Counted from the stretch's first letter, positions 24,141-36,679 are shown. The stretch is 49,078 nucleotides of DNA from Octopus bimaculoides (GCF_001194135.2 NC_068981.1:19032839-19081916); one strand, 5' to 3'. A program made the numbers and translations. Notes: generated from the sequence alone by a model not told the origin.

Positions 24141-24860
24141 TTGTTGTTGTTGTTGGTGGTGGTGGTAGTAGTAGTGATGTTAGTGGTGATGGTGGTGGTA
24201 AAGTGAATGGTGATGATGTGAGGTGATGTAGCAATATAGAGACAAGTGGAGATGATGGCGGTGATGAAGAGGACGTTAGTATAAACATAAATCAAACAAC
24301 ACACATAAATATAATATAATAAAAAAAAGAAATCACGCTGTGAATACAGCCGGTGCATAAAACAAAGTATCAAAATATAAATAAATAAAATATAAACGAC
24401 GAAACACGAAGGAACCTCTGTCCACTGGCTATAAACAATGCATAAATATACAGACGGCCGTGTGCGCGCACGCGCACATACACATATACATACACACACA
24501 CACATACACACACACACATACACACACACACACAGCCATCAACACTACTTTTACACATCAAAGCCAACTACATCAACACCACTACCATCATTGACATTAC
24601 TTTCATCGTTGTAGTCGTCGTCGTACTCTTCCTCTTTATCATCATCATCATCATCATCATCGTCATCATCATCATCATCATTATCATCTTCATCATCATC
24701 GTTATTACTACACGTTTACCATCCGCATCTTTATTTCAACTTCACTACCACTCATTAATCACAACCACTGTCTCTACCACCACCACCACCGCCACCATCA
24801 CCATATACAGCTCTACTACAATCATCATCATTAGCATTATCTTCAACCCCCTCCATCGCC
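24060..24860. repeat. Compound low-complexity region (GTT/GGT, CA, CAT/CAC)
   Basis: Direct reading. Confidence 0.9.
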
Positions 24861-25140
24861 ATTACTATCAGTAGCCTTTGCCCTCTCTATCACATAAACT
24901 TCGTTAACACCCGCATCTGCAACTCTACCGCTATAGGTCTTGGCTATATTTTTGCCCCTTTAGTTTTCTGTTAATATTTCAGTTTGTACACACACACACA
25001 CATACACACACACACACACACCTACTTAGACTGTCTTGATACTACATAAATAATATTTTTATAAACAAACCCGAAAGGCTTTACGAGTTACGGAGAGAAA
25101 GCTACTATCGAAGACTCATAGCATTATAACTGTATTTCAG

Positions 25141-25342
25141 ATGGCACGTAAAAAACACCATTTTGAGCGGGACGGTTGCCAGTACCGCCTGACTGGCCCT
25201 CGTGCCAGTGGAACGTAAAAGCACCCACTACACTCTCGGAGTGCAGCCATCTGGTTCGCCAGTCCTCAGTTAAATCGTCCAACCCATGCTAGCATGGAAG
25301 GCGGACGTTAAACGATGATGACGATGATGATGATGATGATGA
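25141..25342 (+). mobile_element. SINE/LINE 3' end with (GAT)n tail
   Basis: GC-richer block with internal repeat GCACGTAAAA/GAACGTAAAAGCACC, ending CCCATGCTAGCATGGAAGGCGGACGTTAAACGATGATG and a (GAT)n tail. Confidence 0.65.
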
Positions 25343-25892
25343 NNNNNNNNNNNNNNNNNNNNNNNNNNNNNNNNNNNNNNNNNNNNNNNNNNNNNNNNNN
25401 NNNNNNNNNNNNNNNNNNNNNNNNNNNNNNNNNNNNNNNNNNNNNNNNNNNNNNNNNNNNNNNNNNNNNNNNNNNNNNNNNNNNNNNNNNNNNNNNNNNN
25501 NNNNNNNNNNNNNNNNNNNNNNNNNNNNNNNNNNNNNNNNNNNNNNNNNNNNNNNNNNNNNNNNNNNNNNNNNNNNNNNNNNNNNNNNNNNNNNNNNNNN
25601 NNNNNNNNNNNNNNNNNNNNNNNNNNNNNNNNNNNNNNNNNNNNNNNNNNNNNNNNNNNNNNNNNNNNNNNNNNNNNNNNNNNNNNNNNNNNNNNNNNNN
25701 NNNNNNNNNNNNNNNNNNNNNNNNNNNNNNNNNNNNNNNNNNNNNNNNNNNNNNNNNNNNNNNNNNNNNNNNNNNNNNNNNNNNNNNNNNNNNNNNNNNN
25801 NNNNNNNNNNNNNNNNNNNNNNNNNNNNNNNNNNNNNNNNNNNNNNNNNNNNNNNNNNNNNNNNNNNNNNNNNNNNNNCTCTCTCTCTCTCC

Positions 25893-25927
<35 letters not shown>

Positions 25928-25947
25928 CACATACACACACACATATA

Positions 25948-26842
25948 CACAGAGTGCGATGGGTAAATTGTCGCCATTTTATATTCTTAATTTCGCACAT
26001 GTACATTGTTTGTTTTTGATTTTGTCGATTACACAGTACAGTAGGGTCAGTTGGGCACCGTCTGTGAGAAAATCGGCACAATGACGCAATTCACTCTGCC
26101 AGTAATTTGGAAAGGACATGCTGTACTACTCGGTGTTCGCACCAGAAACTCTAATACGAACATTTCAGAGTGTTTGGGTATCAATCTGAGGATAGTGCAA
26201 TCTGAAGACATGTACTGAGAGTGATAAAAATCAAACATCCAGTCAACATCATGGTGTTTAGAGTGATCACTAGTGATGGCGACGTTATGCCTCCATTCAT
26301 CTTCCCACGCGGCTTCAGACTCAACGTAGAGGCCCACATTAAGTGATTGGTGGAGGCAGTGCTGTTCTGGGTCAAGTGGGTCGAAGACCCTATGTCTGGA
26401 AACAGGACTCTGCACCATGCCACACAAGCAGAAGAACCCAGGCATGGCTGTCAAACAATTTCTGCGACCAGATCACCCCTAACATCTCATCTGGCCATCT
26501 AACTCCCCAAACTGCAAGCCCCTTGATTAGTATGTGAGGGGCGCAGTTGAGCGAGAGAACAATAAAACTCCTCGTGACACCAAAGATGAACTGAAGGCAA
26601 GGGTTATGGCAGCATTCACCAACTTAAATAAAGCGACCCTCTAGAAGAGTTGAAGGAGATTCGGAAGTCGTCTGAAGGCCGTGGTTGAAGCCAATAGCTA
26701 TTATATTGAATAAATTTACTCTTTAGTATTTCAAGATATTTTCATACAATTTTGGTAATTATATCTGTTAAAACGAGATGTCAGTGTTATTTTCAATTTT
26801 GCGTAATTTAGACGACAGTTTATTCACTGTATTCATTGTGTG
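25948..26842 (+). mobile_element. Tc1/mariner superfamily, DD37D (maT-type) element, internally deleted
   Basis: KHPVNIMVFRVITSDGDVMPPFIF; VWKQDSAPCHTS; WPSNSPNCKPLD with 37 residues between the two Asp after removing a 5-bp duplication; RLKAVVEAN. Degenerate TIRs (TAAATTGTCGCC / GACGACAGTTTA) with TA flanks. Confidence 0.85.
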
Positions 26843-27042
26843 TATATATGAATGAGAAAAAGAAGAAAATGGAGAAATTGACATAAACATCAGTTTATTC
26901 AAAGATATTCTAATCAATATAATAAGAAATTCTTATCCATACAACCCTTTCCATATCCAATTGATTCAATTAAAGAAATTAAATTAATTTAAATCAATTC
27001 AAAATCTTCGTATTGAGATTGGTTAATTGGATATTTCATCAG

Positions 27043-27110
27043 GGGAAAATTTCCCGAAGGGAGTCACATTCCAACATGTTGGTCGAGCCCTTGACAGACT
27101 CAGATATGAG
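27043..27110 (+). CDS. Candidate 68-nt coding exon of an unidentified host gene
   Basis: TTTCATCAG acceptor, GAG|GTAATG donor, open frame ENFPKGVTFQHVGRALDRLRYE, GC-richer than its flanks. No partner exons identified. Confidence 0.3.
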
Positions 27111-27158
27111 GTAATGTATGTATTAAAAAAGCCGTTACTAGTATATATATATATATAT

Positions 27159-27275
27159 ACGGGAGAATGTACGAAAAAAAGAACAACAGACGAGGACAGG
27201 TGGTGTAAACAACAAAAGGATGTATTAGTTTGACGCTCGGGAATACAGAATGTCTTTAACGTTTCGAGCTACGCT
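27159..27275 (-). mobile_element. Penelope pLTR-like fragment with the 3' half of a second hammerhead family, embedded in (TA)n
   Basis: Minus strand reads AGCGTAGCTC-GAAA-CG-TT-AAAGAC: stem II remnant, GAAA, palindromic AACGTT and UH. The CUGANGA position is replaced by (TA)n; (TA)n lies on both sides. Confidence 0.5.
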
Positions 27276-27387
27276 ATATATATATATATACATATGGCCA
27301 AATATGTATGATATAGTTGTGTGCGTGCGTTTGTAATACATAATAGTTGGTATTGGTGGTGGTGTTGCAGTTAGGGTGAACTAGGTG

Positions 27388-27434
<47 letters not shown>

Positions 27435-27812
27435 GAGAAATTGTGTATGCCTTTATTGAAATATGGAAGCCAACAAAAAAACTATGACCTATCAAAAACT
27501 GCTAATTAATTATCATATTATAGCATCGCGTCATCAATATTTGTACGCAATAGTTATGGACTATGTAAACAAAGGAAAACTTATACGTTACCAAATATAA
27601 TTTATAAAATTTTTTATAAAAAACTAAAATTACAAAAACCAGAACTATTATATAATCAATACATATATATTCCGTTATTTTTCACAAAGTGTTGGGGAAG
27701 GCAACTCTTCTCAAAGAAAGATACTCTTATACAAAACTTGCATTCAAAAGAGTACCAGTCATCTTGCAGTGCTTGTCACTGAAATCTATTATGGTGTGGT
27801 AAATGTGGTGTA

Positions 27813-28061
27813 TAGTAATCCCTCGCCATTTCGCGGTTCACCTACTACAGTTCACATATCGCGGTTCACATATCGTGGTTTATTATTTAAGCTTACGTTG
27901 ATTCCCACGTGGTGTTGTTTTGCATTTATAATAAAATAAATATACACAAATTATAGAAATAATTTTAAAATATACAGTACAGTACTGTTTCAACTTCGCG
28001 AATTTTCACCTATCACGGGGTGTTTTCAAACGTAATACCCTCGATTATCGAGGGATTACTG
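27813..28061. mobile_element. Tigger/pogo-like MITE, 249 bp
   Basis: TIRs TAGTAATCCCTCG / CGAGGGATTACTG; TA TSD at 27811-27812 and 28062-28063. Confidence 0.85.
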
Positions 28062-28619
28062 TACAAGCTTTTGTACTTAAATCCAGTGACGTACAGATGT
28101 CTCGCTTTCGTTTCATTTCTTGATCCGTTTCGTATTTTATAAAGTCCCATGACGATGGTTGCGTAGCAGGAAAAATCATATTCGCGGACATTTGAGGATA
28201 ATAGTAAATAGAAAAACACTCAAGCTGAAAGTGAGGCTGCTATCATCTGACAAAATGAGGCAGTCATCATGATGCATGCATGTCTAAATCATTGTGTATC
28301 GGAAATGCTTGAATATTGCTTGAGACTAGAAATGTTTTATTTGCATCTATAAAATAAAACATCTTGGTGGGGTTTAACTTTTTCTGTTCATCCCTGTCAC
28401 CTTAGAACGTCAATTGTTTTGCCCTCTATTTCTTAAAGCTGTACATAGCATATATAAAGCCAACTTCCTCCTCAGGCTCCTCACATGCCGTTGCTGTCCT
28501 GTGACTTGGATTTCATTGGTACGTCATTTTCTTTTCACTCCTAACCCAAGGGATATCTGCAGACCTTTTCAACATTTTCAGTAGAAAAAGTAACTTCAAA
28601 ATAACACATGGTAAGAAAT

Positions 28620-28940
28620 ATACTCCCGAAACTGTGCTATGATGGCTGCTAACAATAATCTGTATCAATTTAACGATGCAATTGAAGTGATTTCGAACAT
28701 ATGCTGGCTTAATGTGTGAACTCTAAAAGCTATACATCACTCGGGAACCTTTCGGATGCTCTTTTGGAATTTTCCGTCTATAGCCTGCAAACTTTTGGAG
28801 GTTTTTCAGATTTCTGAATTTTATATAGAGAATTTACGATTGTTTTATCATCTGGAATGAAACCTATGATAAGCTTCTGGGCTTCAAATCTACACTGAAC
28901 AATATAAACTCCAATATTCAATTTACAATGGAATATAGCA
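28620..28940 (+). mobile_element. Penelope-like element RT fragment
   Basis: NNNLYQFND, then YDCFIIWNETYDKLLGFKSTLNNINSNIQFTMEYSN, matching the PLE pattern RY.DD.F..W...LN.....I.FT.E. Confidence 0.65.
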
Positions 28941-30571
28941 ATTGTCCCCCTTACCACCTATTGCCTCCCTTTATCCACTCTCTCCATTCATTCTTACTTT
29001 TCAAAAAATCCAAAATGGTGTGATTCCTTTGTCTCAAGGAAGGATTGCTTCACAATGTCCCTTGAAAAGCTAATTTAAATAACGAAAACCGGTTGGATAT
29101 CACTACATTTTATGAGACTTTTACCACCCATAAACATATATATATATTTTTTTAATAAAAGATATTAAAACTGTGAAATGAAAGCATTTCTCTTCCCCTT
29201 TTTATATATGTTTTACGCATATTTTCACTTCATAATTTTTCCACGTGGTGTATACTGATTCTCCAGCATTTTTGCTCCTATTNNNNNNNNNNTAAATAGA
29301 TATATTGAGCGTATTAGCTCATGAGAAGAAAGAATATACATACATATATTATCCTATAACACATATATTTAAGAAGCTATAAGCATCAAAAGCATTGATC
29401 ACAATAGGAAAACCTCTTTCTCAAAGGTTGGTGGCATTCTGTTTTTGAGATTTTAAACAATATTCTTTTCTTCAAATACTGTGACTGTAACAAAAATTGT
29501 TAGCAAAATCTTTTTTAAACACACACACACACACACACATGGAAGGAAGAGAAAGATAAAGCAATATTCTATTGTATTTTGTCAGTCACCCCACACCGAT
29601 TACATGACATATTCAAAAATAGTTAACCAATATAAATTTATCCCAATACACCATGCATCATTTAAAAAGACTAAGAAATGCTGCCACCACTAGATTTCGT
29701 TTAAATTTCATTGCGATGTAAATTATGTTTTCATTAGAAGAATACAATATTTCAGAACGTGACTGCACCTGTTAAAAATTGTTTCTTCTTCAAACACAGA
29801 CTGGTTGCAATACAATTTTCTTTCTACATCATTTCTGTATTTTTCTTTTACTTGATAAGTAAAATTGCACGTCAAACTTACAATGTTGATAAATTACAAC
29901 ATGTTTTCCAGTTCTATCAATTTATCTTCTTATGTTAAAACAAAGATAAACTCGAAAGACAACCAGCCATTCAAATTCCAAATCGTGGATGGAAGGAAGA
30001 AAAAAAAGATAAAAATCAATTACGAATTCTGTGTTTAGTTTTGTATAAAATTTTCAAGTTGGTTACTTCGCTGAGAAGATTCCATTCCATACATCAGTTT
30101 ATCAAAAAACAGATTTTATCCGAGTCTTGTAGGCTGACAATGGAGATTAAATTATTACACAGCACTGAACTCATATTTACTGTATATTCCAGTAACGGCC
30201 CGAACGGGAAATTTCTAAATGTAACACCTGGTATTCAAAAGTAAAATTTCTCAAAGCATGGTTTACTTTCCAGGTAATTTGAAGTAAAAGCAAGAAAATA
30301 AATCAAAATTAAAATCTAGAGATAAAATAAATCAAATAAAGCAACAAGATTTTATGAGATTAATGCAAAAACATTTATTTCATAGAAATTTTTGCTACAT
30401 CTGTATAGATGTATTTTAGATATAAGAGTAAAATTATGTAATAATATATCAGTGTTACATTACAGACACCTGTAGTATGTACATTACTTTAGTCTAGTCA
30501 ACATAGTGTCTACGTTGTCGTTTTACTTACTAGAATTAACAGTCAAATCTCCTTCAAATCACACCCTACTA

Positions 30572-30786
30572 TATTGGTTTCAAATTTCGGCATAAAGCCA
30601 ACAAGTTCGAAGGAAGAATTAGGTTGATTACGTCGACCCCATTGCTCAACTGGTACTTAATTTATCGACTCCTAACGGATGAAATCAAAGTCGTCATCGG
30701 TGGTATTTGAACTCAGAACGTAAGGACGGACGAAATGCCGCTAAGCGTTTTACCCGGTGTGCTAACGTTTCTGGCAGCTGGCCGCC
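30572..30786 (-). mobile_element. tRNA-derived SINE (same family as 39862-40075)
   Basis: Minus strand: GGCGGCCAGCTGCCAGAAACGTTAG head, GAGTTCAAATACC B-box, central GACTTTGATTTCATCCG...GTCGATAAATTAAGTACCAG domain (resembles the Nin/Deu-type SINE core, from memory). Confidence 0.8.
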
Positions 30787-31350
30787 TTAAATCATACCAT
30801 ATTAAAAAAAAAAAAGTTAAAAAAAATTAACACCTTAGAAAATAGCTTCCAGGTAGACGATAACCAATACTTCACTCATATGTTCGAGGTCCCAGAGAAT
30901 ATGCCAAAGATAAGCTGACAAGTTCAATATGAGTAAGAAACATTTTGTCACTCATTGGACAGAGGTGGTCGGAACACCGGACAAATGCGTTGGCACGTTT
31001 GCTCTTTGTTATGCATTCTGCTCAGCTTGTTTGATCCTCTCTCGGTCGAATTCTAAAGCTTCATTCAGTAGAGACAGCAGTAGGTCGATATCTCAGCTAC
31101 AAGTCTTTCCATGGCTCCGACTTTAAGCTGAAATCTTTCAGGGAGGACTTTAATGTATGCTTGTAGTATAGACTTAAATACACTAAAAACAGATAGGATG
31201 GTTACGTTTGGAATATGATAGATCTGCACAATCTATCATATTCTCTAACTACTACTGATATAGTCGCACATATATGGATATTTCTAGTGTAATTGTGTTG
31301 TAATGAATGATGTTTTTGTTGTTGTTTAACCACAGGTTAGCCTTAACTGA

Positions 31351-31730
31351 GTGGGGGCGCAATGGCACAGTGGTTAGGGCAGAGGACACGCGATCATAGG
31401 ATCGCGGTTTCGATTCCCAGACCGGGCGTTGTGAGTGTTTATTGAGCAAAAACGCCCAAAGCTCCACGAGGCTCCGGCATGGGATGGTGGCGAACCCTGC
31501 TGTACTCTTTCACCACAACTTTCTCTCACTCTTACTTCCTGTTTCTGTTGTGCCTGTAATTCAAAGGGTCAGCCTTGTCACACTGTGTCACGCTGAATAT
31601 CCCCGAGAAGTACGTTAAGGGTACACGTGTCTGTGGAGTGCTCAGCCACTTGCACGTTAATTTCACGAGCAGGCTATTCAACTGGAACACTCGACGTCGT
31701 AAGCGACGGAGTACCAACAACAACAACAAC
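31351..31730 (+). mobile_element. Full-length tRNA-derived SINE with (CAA)n tail
   Basis: A-box TGGCACAGTGG, B-box GGTTTCGATTCCC, (CAA)n tail, imperfect TSD AGCCTTAACT (31339-31348) / AGCCCTTAACT (31731-31741); homologous to 12386-12778. Confidence 0.93.
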
Positions 31731-32077
31731 AGCCCTTAACTAAACACATCTATGAGTAATGGTGTTCCAGTTATGGCTATCCGACCCTTTTTCTCATCTA
31801 CCATTTTAACAATTCTTTGTGTTATAACATTACTTAGTTTTCTAAGGTTCTTCTGTAGTCTAACGACCCTCAGTATTCTACAGTGACTCAACGACTCTTT
31901 GTATTCTAATGACTCTCAATCAGCTAAGAAGCTTCAATGTTCTGAAAGATCTTAGTCTTCCGTTCAGAGTCGACAAATCTATTTTTCCATTGCTGCTCAC
32001 ATTTTATAGTCTTTGTTGTTGTTCTAAAAACTTAACGAAACTTATTTAATTACCATCTTCACACTCCTTTTTGAACA

Positions 32078-32350
32078 TTTGTGACATCAACAGAACATGA
32101 TATAACATCGTCGAAATTAACATGGTATCTCTAACTGTGACTAAGTGTGTAACATCTGTGACATTCACTCTGTAACATCTGCGACGTCAACAAAATATGT
32201 GTAACACCTATGACGTCGGCACAATATGTGTAACAACTGTGACATCAACAGAATATTTGTAATGCCTGTGACATGAACATATTATGTGTACTATCTATGG
32301 CATCCACAAAATATGTGTAATATTTGTGACGTCAACAAAACGTATAACAT
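32078..32350. repeat. 29-bp minisatellite, consensus about TGTAACATCTGTGACGTCAACAAAATATG
   Basis: Six in-phase units start at 32171, 32200, 32229, 32258, 32287 and 32316; more degenerate units lie upstream. Confidence 0.9.
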
Positions 32351-32577
32351 CTGAGTTATCAAATAGGCTAGTCAAAACAAAGTCTTTTATGATTCAAGAA
32401 TTCGTTAAACAGACAATGCAATGACAGACACAATAAGAAATTCTACGAGAGGTGAAGTATAGTGATCATAATGTTAATTAGTGAATTTCATCTCATCAGT
32501 TTTGACAATTTTGCTTGCCATGGGGACAAGAGAAATTTGACATTTCACCTAAGAAGGAAAATATTTTAGTTGCTGCA

Positions 32578-32579
<2 letters not shown>

Positions 32580-32643
<64 letters not shown>
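32580..32643. repeat. (CT)n microsatellite
   Basis: Direct reading. Confidence 0.95.
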
Positions 32644-32655
<12 letters not shown>

Positions 32656-33730
32656 TTATCCCTTCCTTCATCCCTCCCACTTTTTCAGTCATGAATTATT
32701 TCGAATTATCTTTATATCTCTTAAAGATCCGACCGTGCTTGTGCAAACATGTCTTGTGCAAATGTGTCTTGTATTAATTATTGTATGTTTTGGTGTAAAT
32801 ATTTGATAAAAGTCTTCTACACATAGGTCGCATCTGTTTCCTTTTACTCGATAAGGCTTAGCAGTACTAATTAGTTCCCAAATGATAGAATATAGGTTTT
32901 GTCTTTAATTGTCCAGCGAAGAGAATACGGAATTACACATCGGAGGAATTCAGTTTGACTAACAACTAAATGTAGTCACAGACGTAAGATACTGATCGGT
33001 GTGTTTAGCCATTACCTGGAACTTATACACCTATCTGCCCTGATAATATATCCATCCAAACTTACTGATATATATATATATATATATATANNNNNNNNNN
33101 NNNNNNNNNNNNNNNNNNNNNNNNNNNNNNNNNNNNNNNNNNNNNNNNNNNNNNNNNNNNNNNNNNNNNNNNNNNNNNNNNNNNNNNNNNNNNNNNNNNN
33201 NNNNNNNNNNNNNNNNNNNNNNNNNNNNNNNNNNNNNNNNNNNNNNNNNNNNNNNNNNNNNNNNNNNNNNNNNNNNNNNNNNNNNNNNNNNNNNNNNNNN
33301 NNNNNNNNNNNNNNNNNNNNNNNNNNNNNNNNNNNNNNNNNNNNNNNNNNNNNNNNNNNNNNNNNNNNNNNNNNNNNNNNNNNNNNNNNNNNNNNNNNNN
33401 NNNNNNNNNNNNNNNNNNNNNNNNNNNNNNNNNNNNNNNNNNNNNNNNNNNNNNNNNNNNNNNNNNNNNNNNNNNNNNNNNNNNNNNNNNNNNNNNNNNN
33501 NNNNNNNNNNNNNNNNNNNNNNNNNNNNNNNNNNNNNNNNNNNNNNNNNNNNNNNNNNNNNNNNNNNNNNNNNNNNNNNNNNNNNNNNNNNNNNNNNNNN
33601 NNNNNNNNNNNNNNNNNNNNNNNNNNNNNNNNNNNNNNNNNNNNNNNNNNNNNNNNNNNNNNNNNNNNNNNNNNNNNNNNNNNNNNNNNNNNNNNNNNNN
33701 NNNNNNNNNNNNNNNNNNNNNNNNNNNNNN

Positions 33731-33782
33731 GGAGCTGAACCCGGAACTGTATGGTTTGGAACCAAACTTCTTACCACACAAA
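33731..33782 (-). mobile_element. SINE tRNA-like head fragment (family of 47487-47655)
   Basis: Reverse complement reads TGTGTGGTAAGAAGTTTGGTTCCAAACCATACAGTTCCGGGTTCAGCTCC, similar to 47498-47546. Confidence 0.7.
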
Positions 33783-34144
33783 CACACATACACCTATAAG
33801 TTATGCTTATATATATATATAATAGAGTTGTCGCTGTTTAGTTACGTATTTAGGAGGGGTTGTAATTTACTTATGGAATGTATTTGTCGATACAGTTGTA
33901 CATGGGGTAAATGTGTTTGAAAGTTGTGGTTTTCTTTGGTTTGTTTGTTCCCAGTGCTTATAGCAGTGCTGTTGACACCGCTGGATTGAATGGTACTGGC
34001 CAGGTGTCGAAACCATAATGATATCCGTACGGCAGCTGATGATGGATGTATGTTGGATTGTTGATAGGGCTGTTTTTATATATGTGGATTAGTATTATTG
34101 GATTGTTGGTATGGCATGGCTATGGAATAGTATGATAAAATATC

Positions 34145-34183
<39 letters not shown>

Positions 34184-35113
34184 TNNNNNNNNNNNNNNNN
34201 NNNNNNNNNNNNNNNNNNNNNNNNNNNNNNNNNNNNNNNNNNNNNNNNNNNNNNNNNNNNNNNNNNNNNNNNNNNNNNNNNNNNNNNNNNNNNNNNNNNN
34301 NNNNNNNNNNNNNNNNNNNNNNNNNNNNNNNNNNNNNNNNNNNNNNNNNNNNNNNNNNNNNNNNNNNNNNNNNNNNNNNNNNNNNNNNNNNNNNNNNNNN
34401 NNNNNNNNNNNNNNNNNNNNNNNNNNNNNNNNNNNNNNNNNNNNNNNNNNNNNNNNNNNNNNNNNNNNNNNNNNNNNNNNNNNNNNNNNNNNNNNNNNNN
34501 NNNNNNNNNNNNNNNNNNNNNNNNNNNNNNNNNNNNNNNNNNNNNNNNNNNNNNNNNNNNNNNNNNNNNNNNNNNNNNNNNNNNNNNNNNNNNNNNNNNN
34601 NNNNNNNNNNNNNNNNNNNNNNNNNNNNNNNNATATATATATATATATATTGCCATCTTGTGGTTATGTTAGCATTCACTGATTATAATGAGTGATTTAA
34701 TAGCGTAGACTTTTCTCAAAACAACGAAAAATGTATTGGCGTGTAATCTGTTGGATGTTCACTATCAACTAATAAGAACGATGGAGTATAGTGTCAAAGT
34801 GGAAAGACTTGATATAGTACGAGGTAAATATGGGAAACCAATGATATGTAAAAACGTGTCGTGTTCTGATATTAAAAGGTATCACTAATAGTAGTAGACT
34901 GAAAGAAACTGGAAAAGTGCAGATTAAATTAAATCAATGGATGGTGTTGTTTTGCTTCACAGATAAAATGATAAAAGGGGGAAAAAGGGAGCGATAGACA
35001 GACTAACAGATCGGTTTATTTTACACTTCATACCAGCTTTAAAAGAGAAAGAAAGTAAAAAGGAAACAAACGATGGTAATGATGAAGATGATGATGATGA
35101 TGATGATGACGAT

Positions 35114-35302
35114 TAGCGGCAATATTTGTGTTTAAAGGAATTAATTGGATTAAAATAACTTTAATTGACCTCTGTCCGATATGTATGTATGCATGTATGT
35201 AGGGAAATACATATATATATATATATATGCATACACACACACACATTCATACATACATATGAACATATGTGTGCGCTCGTGATGTATGTATGTATTTACT
35301 TT
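35114..35302 (+). repeat. ~190-bp dispersed repeat, copy 1
   Basis: TGTGTTTAAAGGAATTAATTGGATTAAAATA.CTTTAATTGACCTCTGTC.GATATG... is shared with 37587-37783. Confidence 0.85.
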
Positions 35303-35499
35303 CTGTTTCGCTGTTTCAATAAAATTTAGTGTATATAAAGAAGGTATTTCTGGTTGAAAATTTAGAGAAATATGTTTTTCTCCGAGTCGCTGTTAATTCA
35401 CATTCTCAAATGAATGCTAACAAAATAGATCACAAAAAATGTAAGATTAGAGAGCATTTTAAGACATAGCAGAAGAGATGAAACGGATCTAAGAAAATA

Positions 35500-35745
35500 A
35501 AAATGCGAGGGAGAGTTTTGAAGAGTTTTGTTTAATGAGAAAGGAATGATCTACCATAAGGTTACAGTTACCAAAGGATAGCAAATTAAATGGGCCACAG
35601 AATATTATGGGGATTATATGAGTGTCTTCTCTTCTAATTTTAATTATTTGAAGTTTTCCTGTAAAGGTGGAAGTTTCGAAGCAGTGGTCCATAGTCATCC
35701 TCTTCCACTTTGATTTTCGAAGAGATATTCACATCAGCAAATACA
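35500..35745 (-). mobile_element. Dong/R4 C-terminal fragment
   Basis: FADVNISSKIKVEEDDYGPLLRNFHL...IIPIIFCGPF, the post-RLE pattern also seen at 20480 and 21980. Confidence 0.65.
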
Positions 35746-35869
35746 TACGTACGTACGTACATACATACATTCATACATACATACATACATACTAATATAC
35801 ATACATATATGTTTAGATAAATAAATAAACACGCATATACATAAATAAACATACACACATACACAAATA

Positions 35870-35948
<79 letters not shown>

Positions 35949-36225
35949 TAGGTAAATAAATGCACACACATACATATATGAACACACGCACATACACAAA
36001 TAATACATATATATATATATATACATACATACATACAGGTATACAAACATACATACATATCACACATGCACATGCTCATACATACACACATACATACATG
36101 CATGCATACATACATACATACATACACAGAGACATACATACATACATATATACATACATACATGCATACATACATGCATGCATACATACATACATACACA
36201 CAAACATACATACATACATTCATGT
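35745..36225. repeat. Compound (TACA)/(TA)/(CA) microsatellite
   Basis: Direct reading. Confidence 0.9.
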
Positions 36226-36249
36226 ATTTGTGAGATAATGCCTAAGTGA

Positions 36250-36440
36250 AAATCTGGATAAACTAGGTTTCAGAAAGAGATATCAAATAGCTAATTCGTA
36301 CATTACAAAAACAATCTGTAAGTGGAAGAGTAAAAATATGCAAAACTTTTCTGAAGGTCAAAATGTAAGTTTTGCTGTTGTTATCTTCATTCGAACGACG
36401 GAGCTGAGTATTATTTTTTTAGAAACTATTTTTCTTAATA
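36250..36440 (+). mobile_element. Dong/R4 extreme 3' end (ORF terminus plus UTR)
   Basis: LQKQSVSGRVKICKTF; UTR block CGACGGAGCT...TTAGAAACTA shared with 38500-38700. Confidence 0.6.
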
Positions 36441-36679
36441 ACTTTCAAGCAATTGAAAACGGACGAGAACACACGCGCGCACACACGCACACACGCACAC
36501 ACACTCATACACACACACACATATGATGTATGTATCTATATATCTAAATATGTATGTATGTGTGTGTATGTATATATATATATGTGTGTGTGTATGTATA
36601 TATATATATATATGTGTGCGTGTGTGTTTGTGTGTGAATGTGTTGATATATTCAAACGTGCACTTGCGCGCGCACGTAC

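Noticed and set aside
31351-31425. tRNA gene (also heads at 12705-12778, 30710-30786, 39862-39935, 47487-47550)
   Set aside because: These are SINE heads continuing into SINE bodies with tails or TSDs; no complete cloverleaf is supported.
32171-32344. CRISPR array
   Set aside because: Contiguous degenerate units with no unique spacers, no cas genes, and a eukaryotic context.
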